Positions 63,748-64,000 of a DNA stretch of 64,000 bases are shown here, piece by piece; position 1 is the first letter of the stretch; each line of letters starts with the position of its first letter. Below the pieces are notes generated by a model. That model ran no database searches and had not been told where the DNA came from. It saw nothing but the letters and a program-made list of their open reading frames with translations. The stretch comes from Paragordius varius (taxonomy: Eukaryota > Animalia > Nematomorpha). A program made the position numbers and the translations under genes. Where the stretch lies: the NCBI GenBank assembly GCA_964247055.1, contig OZ176056.1:8742001-8806000 (forward strand), in the 5' to 3' direction.

Positions 63748-64000
63748 AATGTTAAAAACAATTTTCCGAATGTGCCATTCAGTATGGATTTTAAAATGTA
63801 GCTCGAGAATTGATTTGTGTTAAATACATTTGCTTTAAACCAAAAAAAATAAATTACATCATAAGTCAGGGTTATTACTGTATTATATAAGTCTTGAATA
63901 GTCGACCCCCAAATATAATTGTAAAGTTTAGTTGTTGGCTTGAAATAAATGTGTAATCATGCTGTTATTTATATATGTTGTTTAACAATCATATTGAATT

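Larger units (their letters stand above)
41022..64000. repeat. Nested tandem duplication: units X1 (42270-43513 + 46832-47665), Y1 (51442-53780), X2 (53900-55300), Y2 (55622-58086 + 63753-64000)
   Basis: X1/X2 and Y1/Y2 are near-identical by eye; X versus Y clearly more diverged. Recent duplication junction at ATTCCGAAAAAA (51109 / 55301, period ~4.19 kb). Confidence 0.9.

Overview
Very AT-rich eukaryotic genomic DNA, probably an invertebrate animal (organism not determinable from this window), dominated by nested transposable elements and local tandem duplications. I saw no rRNA, tRNA, CRISPR or prokaryotic-type genes. Two host genes are visible and the ORF track misses or misframes both: (i) the 5' part of a signal-peptide-bearing, Cys-capped, possibly LRR-type protein running off the left edge (327->1, minus); (ii) a multi-exon fibronectin-type-III-like gene (at least 5 symmetric phase-1 exons, 30343-33806, plus). 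Mobile DNA: one intact RTE LINE (934-aa APE-RT ORF), three decayed RTE LINEs, a recent Ty3/Gypsy LTR element with 5-bp TSD, a dead hAT element, four ~1.1-kb CAC...GTG non-autonomous DNA transposons with TWA TSDs (Chapaev3/CMC-like), two ~3-3.5-kb foldback palindromes with internal ~115-bp arrays, and several MITE families. Three tandem duplications (0.9-4.6 kb, 24-30.3 kb, 41-64 kb) appear to be built on old CR1/L2-like LINE debris. The duplications supply empty-site paralogues that confirm several TSDs and give an insertion chronology. All identities and alignments were judged by eye.
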